NCBI GenBank assembly: GCA_965112735.1
Contig: OZ218952.1
Location: 3,658,001-3,722,000 of the forward strand
Source: Phaeosaccion multiseriatum
Lineage: Eukaryota > Protista > Ochrophyta, other classes
Length of the DNA: 64,000 nt
Direction: 5' to 3'
Shown: positions 12,514 to 26,500 of the stretch, one piece after another
How positions within the stretch are numbered: position 1 is the stretch's first letter
Layout: every line of letters starts with the position of its first letter
Made by a program: the position numbers and the translations under genes
The notes under the pieces: generated by a model
The model's database searches: none
Seen by the model: only the letters and a program-made list of their open reading frames with translations
What the model was told of the DNA's origin: nothing

Positions 12514-13643
12514 GTTGGACTTGAAGTACAGTAGTGGATTTGGGTTTGAATTTGGGAGGTTTCAGCGTTTGTTTGATTCCCGGTTGGATTGACCTCTTGT
12601 CGAGGATCATTTTTTTGCGACGATACAGTACAAGTAGCGATACTATCGAGCATAGCTACATATAATATGCGTGCGGGTGGGTGGGTGGGGGTGTGGGGGA
12701 GTGTGATACAGCACGACAACTGTGTTGTGCAGAACGCGACAGTCACGAATCAAGTCAAGGAGTGAGGGAGGGAAACCAAATTGATGGAAACAGCAGGCTT
12801 GCCTCTCGCAAGCAAATTTCGACCTCTCCTCTCCTCTGCCATAGCAAATCTTATTTCCATCTCTGTCTATCCGAGGGGGTAGAGAGGGACGAACAGAGCA
12901 GACACAAACAATAGACTACAGCCACCCAAGGTGCGGGTGGGGGAGCATTTTACCCAAGTTGAGTAGCGGGCGCCATAGGAGGTGGGGGGGGTATTCTTTC
13001 TCTCCCTTCACAAATTAATACTACAGCAACACAAGAATAAATGAAAATCGGTTACAATAATAAAATAGAAAAGAAAAAGTGAGAAAAAGAAGTTGGTGAC
13101 CGACTCGACGACTTTCGCCCTCCTCCCTCCTCCCTCCCTCCCTGCTGGCGCTCCGTTCAGCGTGTCCATTCTCTCCGGTCCGAGAAAGGAATTCTTTCTC
13201 TTTCTATGAATGCTCGTATGCCCCACATGCCCCATCGCTCCTCTCTATTTACTCTGTAGCTTCGCTCCTGTAGCTTGGCTCCCCCTCTCCTCTCCCTTCT
13301 ATCACATCTTACTAAGTATTACGTATTTGCTCATATGATATGTACTATCCTCTCGGCTTTGAGAATGCGAAAGCGGTGTCGTTGCCCCCTTGAACTGAAG
13401 AGTCTACCTTGGTACCCCCATAGCATATAGCACAAGAGGCGGGCTCCCACGCTCATTCCGCACGCATGAATTAGACCCCCTTGCATAGGAAGGCACAGCG
13501 TCAAACGAATCACATCTAAGAATCAATCCAACGTATTCCACTTGCCCCATCCGGCGCCTCATGTATTGAAGTGGACGGCGTACGTCAATGCCACGTATTT
13601 ACTTCGCCGGAGCGTTAGCAGGCCTCTTCCTTACGTAAAGAAG

Positions 13644-14043
13644 TTACACAGCAGGAGCATTAGCAGGCTTCTTCTCCGCCACACAGGCGAGGTATGCATC
13701 CAAGGCTGTCTGCGTCACGGAAAGCTGAGCCAACGCTTTCGCAGAGTTTTTGCTCTTCACGGTCTTCTCGAGTTCGGCAAGCTGTAGGGTGGGGGGAGAG
13801 AAGAGTTGGGGGGGGGCATACAAATAGACATAGACACACAAGACACAGACATGCGAGAGCAAGAGGGGCAAGGGACAATGCGCACAATTAGGAACCGCAG
13901 CAAGCAACACTGTGTGCTCATCAGACCGTGGAGCTTTCGTAGCCGCACGCACCTGCTTGAAGAAGTCGGTGGACTTGGCGCCTGCCTCCTTGCTGATCTT
14001 GTCCGGGTACTCGCCGCGCTGTAGACAGACGAGAGAAGACGGG

Positions 14044-14078
<35 letters not shown>

Positions 14079-15518
14079 GCAGACAGAGAGTACGGGAGAT
14101 GCGGGAGAGAGAGACAGAGGGAAGGGACCAAGGAGGGAGGGATAGAGAGAGAGACAGGAGGGAGGGAAGGAAGGAAGGAAGGAAGGAAGGAAGGAAGGAA
14201 CGAGAGAGAGACAGGAGGGGGGGATGGAGAGAGAGACAGGAAGGAGGGAAGGAAGGAAGGAGAGAGAGAGAGTGGCACAGGGAACATGGCGGTAAGGGGA
14301 CGCACTGACGCCGCAACACAACCGGAAGGGGCGGGAAGGAAGCGAGTGAGTCGGCCCCTCTGCATCGAGAGCAATCTTAATCCCATGGGAAGCAACGCGC
14401 CTCCCTCCCTCCCTCCTTCCTTCCCTCCCTCTCTCCCTCCCTCCTTCCCTCCCTCCCTCCTCCATGCAAGTCGGAACGCCGTCATGATCACACCTTGAGG
14501 GAAGAGGCGAGGAGGTCGAAGGCGCTCTGTTGCTCCTTGGCCTTGGGGAAGAAGGATGCAGCTTCGGCCCACGAGCCCTGGTCAATGAGGCCTTGGGAGA
14601 GAGAGGAGGGGGAGAGGGTGAATGAAACAAGCATGCAGAGCTAAGAGATGAAGAGATGCTATGCACAAGAAGCGCCCCCCTCCATTATCCCCTTGTGTGC
14701 CCTTGTGTGGTCCTTACGTAGCCCTACGTACATACCCTTGAGCCCCTTGAAGTCATTGGCGGTCTCCTCCACGCGCGGCCTGTAGCGTTTGTTTGCCGTC
14801 ATTTTGGATGAGAACTTGCCCGTGCTGTCGGCCACACTCGCGCCCACGTTACCGAACAGGGCGGCGGCCCCTGCTGCTGCCCCCACCGCCGCCGAGGAGC
14901 CGCACAAAGTCTGAGGGAGAGCACCAGCATCCGAGTTTGTGTGGGGCATCAAGTATGTGTTTTGTTTTGGTCGCGTGTTAGTACCAAGCCATCAGCCTCA
15001 GCATTAGGAAGCGGTACGTGTGTGTTGTTTTTCCAGTACCAGTGTCCGAGTTGTGGTGTGAGGTTGCATGTCATTCGTTCGGGAGCGAGACGATGACAAG
15101 GGAAAAAGGGGAAGGCGAAGAGGGGTGCTTTTCGCAATTGCATGCGACTGTGAGCAGTGCCGGGTACCTTGATAGCGCCTCGCCGGGTGGTAGGCTGCTG
15201 CGGTGTAGACATGGACATTCGAAATGCATCTCCGCGGCTACTAATGCTACGTGCTGAGAGCCAGAGAGGCAAAGGTTTCAGCGCATGGAGGAGGGAACAA
15301 CATGAACTTCAACGTGTGATGCAATGCAGCATGCAAACACAAAAAGGGTCCGAGAACCAAGAAAGTCCCGCAAGACCGTAGGATTGCGAGCATTTAGGCA
15401 TTCCGACGGGCTTGTTCGCACCTGCTGCTGCTTTGCTTGCTGGAGGAGCGAACGCGAACCCGTTGGCCGCAGGGGCCAGCACCAGAAAGGCGGCTACCAC
15501 AGCACTGACGCGAGGCAT
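13644..15518 (-). CDS. Thylakoid-lumen protein, PsbQ-like four-helix type, multi-exon
   Basis: Signal peptide MPRVSAVVAAFLVLAPAANG-F, twin-Arg TTRRGAIK, hydrophobic stretch ending ASVA-DSTGKFSSK, and helical C-terminus LAELEKTVKSKNSAKALAQLSVTQTALDAYL. Confidence 0.6.
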
Positions 15519-15703
15519 AGTGAGAAAGGTATCTGATTGCACAAACAACAATGAGGCGTGTGTAGCTCTCTTTGTACAATTTTCCCTCCTCTCTCTCCTC
15601 AAGCAAAGCATTATCAGCAAAGGGGGGCGGGCCGGCGGCCCGTTGACTTACTGAGCGCGCCAATCGGTATAAAGCGCCGCTTGCGCTGAGACTCCCCTCT
15701 GCG

Positions 15704-15833
15704 ATGGCATTGACGGAAGAGCAGAGGAAGAAGATCGCCGAGAATAGGAAGGCGGCCTTGCTGAAGCTGGAGGCGCGTAAAGCAGAGAAGGAGAAGCAGC
15801 AGCAAGAGCAGCATCAGCAACAGCAAAAATGGG

Positions 15834-15891
<58 letters not shown>

Positions 15892-16998
15892 CAATGAAGC
15901 CTCCAGGAAGAGACCCCGTCAAGGGGTGGAGCAGAAAGAGGAGAGAAGCTGCAAGGGGTGCGGCCGGGAGGAGGGCGTCTTGGACATGACTGACAGCATC
16001 GACGAGGAGTGTTGGAAGGCCTTCGGTGTGGCCGTGTGCCGGGTCTGTCGAGCTCAGGACGAGGAGTTTGACTATCTCATCAAGAAGGACGTTGCGTCAG
16101 ATTGGTTGTTGCCAGAGGGGACCATTCGGGTGAGAGATGGGATGGAGGAAAGCGAGAGCCCGTGGCGGATGAGCTACTCTGGCAAACCCGGAGAGACTGA
16201 GGCGTTTAAGCTTCCACTCATGCAGTCATCTAACGCATGGTCCCACCCTCTCTCTCCCTCTCTCTCGTCTCTTGACAGGTGCTGCCATTCCTGGAGAAGA
16301 GCAACCCCCGGCACGGCAGCTGGACAAGCATGAAGCTCTATCTCCGCTATCAGGTCGGTCAAGTGTGGAGGCTGCTGTCCCGTCCTTCTTCTCTTCCTTC
16401 TCATATCACATGCCAGAACAAGGCAGAGAGGGAGGAGAGTGCCATTTTTGTGTGGGTCGGTCTTTCTCTCCCCCATCCGTCCTGTCTGCTCCTCTCACTG
16501 GTATGCCAATGAGCCCCGGGTTTACGTCCGGTCTGCCGAGAGAAACATGAAATAGATGTGAATGAATGCATGAACGATGGTACACAGGTGAAGGAGTACT
16601 CGATGGAGCGCTGGGGCAGTATGGAGGCCCTGGAGGAGGAGAAGGCAAAGCGAGCTGCAGCCAAGTACGAAAGCACAGTCAAGAGGACCAAGGGTATCTT
16701 CAAAGCCGCCGCAGAGCTGAGGGAAGGAGGAGGAGGGGAGGATGGCAATGGACGGGGGGGGGGCAAGCAGGGCAAGCGGAGCAGGCAGCACGGTGAGCAG
16801 ATGGGCAGCAGCAGCAGGACGGGCGGGGGCGGATCTTCTTCGGGAGGGGATGCGGGAACGACGTGGGGGGGGGAGGTTGCGGGGAACGGCGACCGTGACG
16901 GAATGCCGTCTTTTGCGCATCTTCTCAAGCCCATGAAGCGGATGAAGACGCCGAAGAACAAAGGATTAACGAACAAGAACAAGACTAGGAACAAATAA
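15704..16998 (+). CDS. XPA: DNA repair protein XPA/Rad14
   Basis: LTEEQRKKIAENRKAALLKL N-terminus, C4 zinc finger (CKGC...CRVC), then LIKKDVASDWLL, NPRHGSWTSMKLYLRYQV and RWGSMEALEEEKAKR. Confidence 0.9.
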
Positions 16999-17938
16999 TC
17001 CTTAAACCACATACGACAACGACGACAACAAGAGAAGAAGAGTGACTCAAAGGTAGGGCTGAAAGGGTGACTCAAACACCGTGTATTACCGTGTGTTTTC
17101 CTGTATGTACGTAAACCTCGATCCCCTGTTGGTGATAGTCACTAACCCTTTCCAGCGGGGGTATTTTGTATTTTTTACCTTTTAGGCCTGTGAAGTATAA
17201 ATAGTAATAGAGTATATGACCAAATGCATCCGGTCTTTCTCCAAGAAAGGCCTTCACTCCCTTGATCGGTTTTCATTTGAAGGTTTACACGAAGCCGGAG
17301 CATCTCAATTATGTTCGTCAGTGAGCTCAGCCTCACACAGGGTGTTGAACACTCCCCACCCAGTGCAGGGTAACATCAGATCTGAGGTCGGCTCCATCGA
17401 GCTAAGAGTGCATGTGGCCACACATGACCAGAGCAGTACGAGGACGGATGGAGTGAAACTGACACTACACTGAAACTGACAGTCGACGAGGCGTTAACTC
17501 TGTTGGAGCCTCGATTGTGAGAGAGCGAAGCCCTCCACCACGAGACCCTGCCCATTTGGTGTGACTCGCATACATGACCTTGGTGGGTAACACGGAAAAC
17601 GGCTTTCTTCTTGCTCTTCTTCTCCTTCTTCCAATGTTCTCCTTCTCCTTCTGCCTCTTCCTCCTTCCTTTTCTTGTCATTGGGTGTGCGTTGCGTCGTC
17701 GTCAATACGAGCTGCTGCTGCTGCAGCAGTTGGTGATACAACAGCAAATTGAGGCTGTTCAGCCTTCTGCCCCAGGCTCCACAATCTCTGTGCACAGCCT
17801 CTTTGGGGCAAGGTAAGGGAAGGAAGGGCCTCTCGTCCTTCATAGCAACGCACAACAGGTATGAGTGTGTGCCCAACCCCTCCCGATTGGTTGCTTGACA
17901 AAGCTTGGGTGGTTTACTTCACAACCTTCCCCTTGTCA

Positions 17939-20908
17939 TCAAACAACATGAGCTGAACCCAACAGAGTCTCTGGGTGCTGCTGCTGAGTCCGCCTCGACA
18001 CACCACGCGGTGGCTGCGGCGACTGCTGCTGCTGGTGGTGGTGGTGCTGCTGCTGCTGCCGCGGCAGGATGGCCTGGTCTTGCTGCTGTATGACCTGCTG
18101 CTGATGTAAGCCCTCGTGTGACAGCTGCTGCATCTGCATGTGATGTTGGGTAGTGCCTCCCCTCCCTCTGCCCCCTCCCCCCCCAGGAGCCGAGAAGCCC
18201 AGGAAGAAGGGCACAATGGGCGGTGGGGGTTTTCTCCTGCTCGGGAGGATGCTCCTCAGCAGCCCGACGTCGCCAAACACCTGCCGAAGAACCAATACCC
18301 AAGGCACAAGGCACAGGAGAGGAAAAACCATGCCACAGTAGAGCGGGGGGGAGGAGGAATCAAGGCACAAGCACGCACAAAAGAGGAGTGGGTGGGGAGG
18401 GGGGTGGGGGCGGGGAAGTGAATAGCTGAGAGATGTACGGAAGAAACAAAACCCCACACACACAGAGAGTGAGAGAGAGACGACACAGAGAGGGACAGCA
18501 AAGACAAGGAAGGTCGCGAGAATGTCGTTGCTCATTACTGTACCTGCTGAAAGTTTCGCTTGGCACCCATATCGAAAGGGTTCATGAAGAGCTCCCCTCG
18601 GTGCCGAGCCCGATTACGCTTGCTATTGTTCTCGTAAAAATCAATGGTGGTTTGGGCGGAGAGAATGAGGTAGACATGCCAGAAGAAGAGGATGGAGATG
18701 GCGATGCCCACAGAGAGAGTGAGCACAAAGGTGAAGATGACTGCGGACTGCTCGTCTCCGTGGATGCGGAGGCGCTTGACGTTGCGGTGGTCGAGACGGG
18801 CGTAGCGGAGGAAGTGGGGGAATGTGATGATCACACAGTACATGCAGCCGGTCCACAAGTAGGCGAGGAACAGCACGAAGTAGCGGTAGTTGTAGTAGCC
18901 GACGCAGTTGTTCATCCACGGGCAGTGGTGGTCCATCTGTGAGTGGTTGGATAGTAGTAGGAGTTGGGAGCAGAATGGTGCGGTGGGGAGAGGGGAGAGA
19001 GGGGGGGGGGAGGGGATGGAGAGGGAAGAGAGAGAAAAAGAGGGAGAAAAAGAAAGAGGGACAGAGACCGCGGCAGAGAGAGAGAGAGAGAATGAGAGAA
19101 GAAGATGAGACAAACAAAAAGTGAGGAGTGAAGCTGCACATGAGAAAGGACGAAGCCGATGTGAGAGAAAATGTCGAATGGGGTCTTTACGCTCACGGGG
19201 CGAGAACCCCGAGGGGGACTTGGGCACGCCGTCGCTATATTTACCACCTGTTGCTCTGGGCTGTCCAGTAGCGCTGCAGAGCCAAGGGGGAGGGCTGGGC
19301 AGTGACTCTAAAAAAGGCAGCCGCACACCAAAGGAAAGGACAGGAAGGGAAAAAGAAACCAATCCAACCCTTATCCCATTCATACAATAGGGGGGTGGGG
19401 TGTGCCCTGCACCAAAAGGACGGCGCTGTACTCCTCCCAGTCACAGACACGCATACACTTGCACACGCACCCACACGCACCCCCCCCCCACCCACACCCA
19501 CACCCACACCCACACCCACGTACACACACATAAACATACACGCAACACAACACAACATACACACACATATACACACATATGCACGCACACGCACACACGT
19601 ACACACACACACGTACACACACACGTACATTGAGGACGCATCCGTCGCACACTTGGCAGTGGTGCGTCCTCTGCGGCTTTGGCCCTCGGCACTTCTTGCA
19701 CGTGCGGCACTGCAGGTCCGGGTTCATGGCCATCGACTGCTCCCGCCGCTGCTGTACTAGCAACTGCTGCTGTTGCTGCCGCCTCCCAGGGGAGTCTTTC
19801 GACTCCTCTCCTCCCCTCCCTTCTTCCAGGAGGGGTAGGTCTTCGTCCGTCCCGGCTCCTCCTCCTCCTCCTCCTCCTCCTCCTCCTCCTCCTCCTCCTC
19901 CTCCTCCTCCTCCTCCTCCTCCTCCTCGTCGTCTTCCTCCCCCCTCTTGCTGATGCTGATACTGCTGCGCCTGCCGCACTCTCCGCCCTTCCTCCACCTC
20001 CCCCTCCCAATATTCGCTACTGCTGCCGCCATCACTGCTGCTATCGCTCTCCACCCCGTCCCAGTTCCTGCTCCTAAGACCGCTCCCCTCTTCGGTGCGA
20101 CCACCGCTTCTGCTGCCCGTGCTGCTGCCACTGCTGCCTCGACTGCTCGATAGACTGCCGTTACCACCCCCTCCCGTCGCCCCTGCTGCCACCAATGCCA
20201 TTTGCTCCAAGACTCGGTCAGGATTGCCTGGGCTGGTGAAAGCGCAATGGAAGTAATTCCAAAACAGATTGAAGGAGATGAAAGCCGCCAACGCGCCGTG
20301 GAGAAAGAACTGTTGCAGTGTACCACCACCACCAGAGGTGGAAGGAAGGAAGGAGGGAACGAGGAAAGGAAGGAAGGAAGGAAGGAACAAGGGAGGGAAG
20401 GAAGGAAGAAGGAGGGAAGGAAGGAAGGAAGGAAGGAAGGAAGGAAGGAACGAAGGAAGGAAGGAACGAAGGAAGGAGGAAGGAAGGGATGAACGGTGTT
20501 ACACACGGGGCAATCTTGAACCATTTCGACGGGCAACGTTTGTCGTTTCATGCCCTATATACTTCAAGACTCTCAGTGGGAATAGACGGCCTTGGTTGCC
20601 AGGCGGCCTGCCCGCGGTCCTTCTGTTCGCAAAGGTTGGCCACATCTGCGCCTTCTCAGGGCCACAAGGGGGAAGGGGTGAAGCACTTTCCATACCCACC
20701 ACCATCGTACCGAGAGAGAGTACTCGCGGGCCACGGCGGGGAGCACAAAGCTGAAAAACAGGTAGTCAATGGTGGAGATGAGGCCCGTCGCGAGCACGAG
20801 CAGCACGGGGCCCATGAGGCGCATGAACCAGTCGAAGGTGCAGCCGAGGCAGACCTGAAGGCACCATCGATCGGGGGCGGGTTTGGGTGGGGTGGGGTTG
20901 GGTGCCAT
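17939..20908 (-). CDS. DHHC-type S-palmitoyltransferase (ZDHHC16-like), multi-exon
   Basis: CKKCRGPKPQRTHHCQVCDGCVLN|MDHHCPWMNNCVGYYNYRYFVLFL, a TTID motif, NPFDMGAKRNFQQVFG and TM segments. A further 3' exon near 17500-17800 cannot be excluded. Confidence 0.92.
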
Positions 20909-21592
20909 CCATTATCATTCGCGAAGGGCGAGGGCGGAGGCGGGGGCCGCGGCGGGGGGTGGTAAGTATGGGGAGGGGGTCGGACAGGTAAGGGGTGGGC
21001 AGAGCGGGGAAAATGGGCTCCGGGAGGGGGGATCGGGGGGGGGTGAAAGTGAAATCAGTCAGGGCAAACGGAAGGGAACTGTCGCACAAAACAGCTCTCG
21101 ACGCCACCCCTTGTCCTCTCTGCAAAGAGGAGTCCCTGGCACATATCTCCTCCGTCTCAGTACCTCCACACACGACGCACCTGAAACCAATACATATACT
21201 CAAAGTTTTGATTGCTTCTCAGGGCCATGCGAAATCGCGTCCACACGGGCACCCGCGGTCTGGCACGCCGAGGCATCTCCTCCTCTTCGCTTCTCTTCGC
21301 GTTGTCTCTTCGCCGACACTCCTTACAACGCTGTATGCTCAAGGCCCGAGCATGTAGCGTGGAGAGAGAACAAAACAAGGGGGGAGGAGGGGGGCCGGTG
21401 GCAGATGGCAACTGACGGTCACAATTTCAGTTTCGTAGGTGATAAAGTAATAAGTCAATGATTCCCCACATCATCATCAAACGCACTTTTTGCCGCTCTC
21501 TTTCGGGGATAAATCGGGACGATATATGGTGGTCTAGCCCGACCCCCTATAGTTTACATTACACATTTTGTTAGGATTCGTTACGAAGAGAG

Positions 21593-22778
21593 ATGAATGC
21601 CGTTTGCGCCTACGCCACCCAGCACACCGGCATCACAAGGGAGCACCACGACGAGCTGTTCCGGGTGGAACCGTCGCTCTACGACCAGGTCGGCGAGGAG
21701 CCCCTACGGAGGGTGTCGCAGCTCTTTTACGATAGAGTTTACGACGACGAGCAGTGGTTCAGGACCATCTTCAGGTGAGAGCAGCAAGGAAAAGAAGAAG
21801 AAAGGAAAGAAAGAAGAATCCGGATTTTCTCCCGCTCTTTCCTCCTTCTTTCCCCTTTCATTCGATTTATCTGCCTTCCCCCCCCCCCCCCCCCCCTCTC
21901 TCTCTCTCTTCCCCCTTCGCCCCCCTTCCCCCCTCTCTCTTCTCCCTCTCTCTTTCTCTCCTCCCTCTCTTCCTCTCCCACTCTCGATCGCTCTGCCTCT
22001 CTCTGACCCCCGATGATCTACCCCCCCCCCCTTTCACGTTTTTCTCATCTCCCCCTTTTTTTGCCCCTCTATTCTTTTCCTCTCCCACTCCCAACCACCA
22101 CCCCCCCCCCCCCCGCAACCCCTCTCCCTCTCTTGTACCCCATCCCAACCCGTCGTCTCTCTCACGCAACCAAGCGCCTCCACCAAGAAGGAGGCAGTCG
22201 CTAACCAGGCAGACTTCCTCGTGGAGAAGCTCGGAGGTCCCTTGTGCTACACCGAGCGGAAAGGCCGAGCACACAAAATCATGTCCAGACACGCCCCTTA
22301 TGACCTCACTCCCAAATCTGCCGCCCGGTGGCTCGAGGTGAGTCGAGATACTGGGCAGATGGCACTTGATTCCCTTCCTCGAGCAGGTTCGCTCTCTGTC
22401 TCAGACCCCTCCTCCTCCTCCTCCTCCTCCTCCTCCTCCTCCTCCCCGAACTGTCGTTTTCTCTCGCCCCCTCTCCTCTCCTTCTCACCCCCCCCCCTCT
22501 TTCTCTTGCCTGCCTGTCCATTCCCCCTTCCCCAATGCTTTTGTCCTTCTCACCCCCCGCCCCCAACTCTCTTTCCGGTCTGCCTGCCTGTCAATTCCTA
22601 CCCCCACCCACAATTTTCAATACTCACTCAGCACATGGAGGCTGCTCTGGCCGACGTGCCCGAGATTAACTCCAGCAACGCCAAGCTGTTGATGCAATAC
22701 TTCTCTCACATGGCCTATCAGCTGATTGCCGGCAAGTCTCTCGTCTCCGCTTCCACTTTCCACTACGAGCCTCGGTAG
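21593..22778 (+). CDS. Truncated (2/2) hemoglobin, group II / GLB3-like
   Basis: LYDQVGEEPLRRVSQLFYDRVYDDEQWFRTIF | QADFLVEKLGGPLCYTERKG..IMSRHAPYDLTPKSAARWLE | HMEAALADVPEI. Confidence 0.88.
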
Positions 22779-23583
22779 AGATGGGAGACAGGGAGGGAGA
22801 CAGAGAGAGAGCAACACACAGGGCCAGCCACACACGGACACGAGAGAGGCGAGAGAAGTGACGCGCACGAGCAGCAGAGAGAGACAGACAGAGGGAGGGG
22901 AGTGGGGGCTTAAGCAGCGGCGCAGACGAAGGGCGAAAGAGAAGTGTGTTCTGCGCTGTAGGGAGGGGAATGAATGGACGAATGACGTTGTAGGGAGGGG
23001 AATGAATGGATGAATGGTGTTGGTGGGGCTGGTTCAGGCGATCTATTACAGAGTGGAAGGGCGTTGGTCCTTCGGCTCACAGGGTTGTTGGTGTGGCGTT
23101 TTTGTGTGCTCTGACTGAGGGCCGAGAGGGGGAGGACATATGGAGGTGACCCGTATGCCTGAGTGAGCGGGGGCCTGAGGCCTTACGTACCGAGTACGAT
23201 GCCTGTGTGTATGACCGCCGAGCGTTACAAGGTCACGCCGGCGAGTCGGTACAGCACAGCTTACACACCACTACTCTTCCGGTCCGAATTTTTGTATTTT
23301 TGTCGTATATTGTAGGTAATTTTAATTGAGGTATTGACGTACGTTCACAAACAAGAAGAGGGGGGATAAATGAAGAGACAAAGCAGGAGCTGTGCTGAGC
23401 ACGTCACGCACGCGCCCACCAAAGGCGCGACATCACACACATCATCCACACAGCCTTCGAAGGCCCGAGGGGGGGGCACCGCAACTTTCGTTTCGGGAGA
23501 ACCCTTCCCTCCCTCCCTCATCCTCAGTTTCACTGATGCGTGGAGGAGGAGGGTGCCAGTGAAGTTGCTGAAGAACTTTCTTG

Positions 23584-26500
23584 CTAAAGCTGCTGCTGCA
23601 GAATCTTCTTGAAGAACGCTTGCTCTCCAAACACGGCTTCCACATCTGCCACACGCACATTCAGCGCAATCTCCCTCTTGTGCGCGTTGCTGCCGCCGTG
23701 ATGCGAGTTGTGCCCGCCTCCCCTCCCAAGCCTGCCCTTGCCCATGCTTCCCCTGTTGCCTCCTCCTCCTGCTCCCCTCCCCTTGCTGCCGTACAGAGAT
23801 GCGTGAAAGCTCTTCTTACCACCGCCGCCCCCGACCTCCCCGACAATGCCGTTCTCGAGGAGAGAGTCCAAAATGCCGCTGAACTGATCGGACGAGGCTA
23901 CTTGCCCTCCAAACGCCTTCTGACACGTGCTGTCATAGGCCGCACGAAGGGCCTGCTGACCCAACGAGGAGGAGCGCTGCTTGCTGCCACTGCTGCCCCC
24001 GCTTGTGGACTTGGAGGAGGCAGCCAAGAAAGCCGCCACACAGGCGAGCATTTGTGCTTGCTGCGGGAGCTTCAGCAACACGTCTCGGTACTTGGAGTCA
24101 TACGCGGTCTTGAAGGCACGCTGAAAGTACGGGAGCGTCACCTTCTTGCTCGCCTCTTCTGACGCTGCTGATGCTGCTGCTGCTGATGCTGCTGCTGCTG
24201 ATGCTGCTGCTGATGCGGCACCTCCCCCCCCCAAGGAGCCCGAGCCCGAGCCACCCTTCGTTCCCTCCCCGGCGGCAGTGAGGCGGAGAGACTCGAGCTG
24301 CTCAGAGAGCTCGTCCGCACGAAGGCCGAGCGCGGTCTCGCACAGACTCAAGGCCCGGCGTGCGTCGCCGGAAATCTTGGCAATCTTGGCAGCGCACCAC
24401 TGGAGAGCAAAATCGTCGCAAGTATCCAGGACGCGCTTAGCGAGGATGGTTCGCAGCTGCTGCTTGTCGTAGGGCCGAAAGACGAGGCGCTCGGGCTCGA
24501 GGTTACGCAAGGCGAGCAGCGTGAGTTGTCTCTCCGGGAGGTCTACTGAGTTGGCGACGCCGATGAGCACAAGGTGGGAGAACTTGCGGTACGCCCACTC
24601 AAAGAGCTGATAAAGTAAGGTGTGCTGCGTGGAGAGCAGGTGGTCCATCTCGTCGATCACCAGCACAATGGGGCTGTCCTTGCCTCCGAGTGTTGCCTCT
24701 CCTCCTCCTCCTCCTCCTCCTCCTCCTCCCTTTCTGCCACTGCTGCTGCTGCTGCTGCTGCTGCTGCTACCGGCACTGGTCCGTCGAGAGGAAGCTGGCG
24801 ACGACCCTCCCCGCCCTCCTCGTCCTGAGGGTGACGAAGAAGAAGAAGAAGAGGAGGAAGAAGGAGAAGGTGGCGGCGGTCCCTCTTCCGGCTGTAGAAA
24901 GCGTTTACTTAGCAGCGACCGCGCCTCCGAGTCGTCCACTCCATCACGTCCTGACACGGCGGCCCACAGCTGAGTAAAGAACGAGTCCCTCCCTCCGAAG
25001 GTGGTGGCGTTGACGCTGCACACTTGCACTTGCCTGTCGATGCTCTCCCACTGCCGTTTCAGAGTGCGCTGCACCTGGGCCATGGTCCTCGTCTTGCCCA
25101 CCCCGGGGGGCCCACTAAGGTATATACTACCTCCCTGAGAGGAGTCCTTCGAGCCCCCGCTGAGACCAGCAACACCACCACCACCATCACCACCACCGCT
25201 GCTGCCGCTGCTGCCTTTCCCTGGTCCTGAGCCAGCCTTCGAGGGGGAGGAGGAGGAGGAGGAGAAGGCCAGATCAACCTCCCTCCTCTCCACGAGGGAG
25301 GAGAACCCCAGGCACTTCTGCACGAAGCCCACTATTTGATCGTGCTCCGCCTTGCGCTCCTCCTCCTGCGGCTGAATCACCAACTGCTGCTGCTGCTTTC
25401 GCTTCTGCTGGGTCTTGCTAATGACCGCAGCGGGCTCGGAGGAGGGAGACAGCGGCACTTTGGCCGAGAGCGCCAGGTGACCACGGGCGGCCTCGACCTT
25501 CTCGAGCTGGCGTCGAATAGCCGTGACAGCATTTTCCATCTGATCCTCCTCCTCTTCCTGCTGCTCCTCCTGCTCCTGCACCTCCTCCTCTTCCTCTCCT
25601 TCTTCCTCTTCCTCCTCCTCCTCCTCCTCCTCCTCCTCCTCCTCCTCCTCCTCCTCCTCCTCCTCCTCCTCCTCCTCAGGATGGTGTCCAATCAAGTCTC
25701 TTATGTACGCGTACGTTGCGTCTTGCTCGTAGAACTTGTCCTTCCCCTCCTGGGCAGTAGCGACCTTCACTACTCCCGGCTTGACGTACCAATAGCCGTC
25801 CAGCAGTCCGGTGGCCTTCTTACACATCCAGCCAAGCTTTGCGAGCTTCCTAAACATTATTGAAAAAGTCTCATTCCCCGTCACTCCGGCCTCGATAACA
25901 GCCTCTCGCTCTTCTTCTCTCGACTGCTGCTGCACATCCCGAGGCTGTTGCGGTGGGTGTGAAGAGGCAACCTGCGAAGTCACCTCTGACGACGAAGTCT
26001 CGGCGGTGGAGCCACTCTCTCGAGGTTCGTCTGTCTTCTCGCATTCCTCGGCCACGTCCTCGCTCTGCTCCTCCTCCTGCCCCTCTTCCTCCTGCTGCCG
26101 CTGCGGCACAGGCGCTTCATCCTCCGATGGTTCAATCTGCGTGAGCGCTACCTCCTCCTCCTCCTCCTCCTCCTCCTCCTCCTCCTCCTCCTCCTCCTCC
26201 TCCTCCTCACCACCACCACCACCACCTTCAACATCGTCGAAGGCGTCGACTGCGCCGTTCTCCTCCTGTGCCTCGACCCGCTCTCGCCCTCCTCCCTCGT
26301 CACTACCGTCCCCCTCCACCTCCATATCCTCCGCATCCTCCTCCTCCTCCTCCTCCTTCTCCTGCTCCTTCCCGTCCACTGCCATCACCTCCTCTTCCTT
26401 CTCCTGCTGCTGCTGTTGCTGCTGCTCCACCTGCTGCTGTATCACCAATTGCTGTCGCTGCTGTTGCTGCTGCATCGCCAACTGCTGCCGCTGCTCTGTC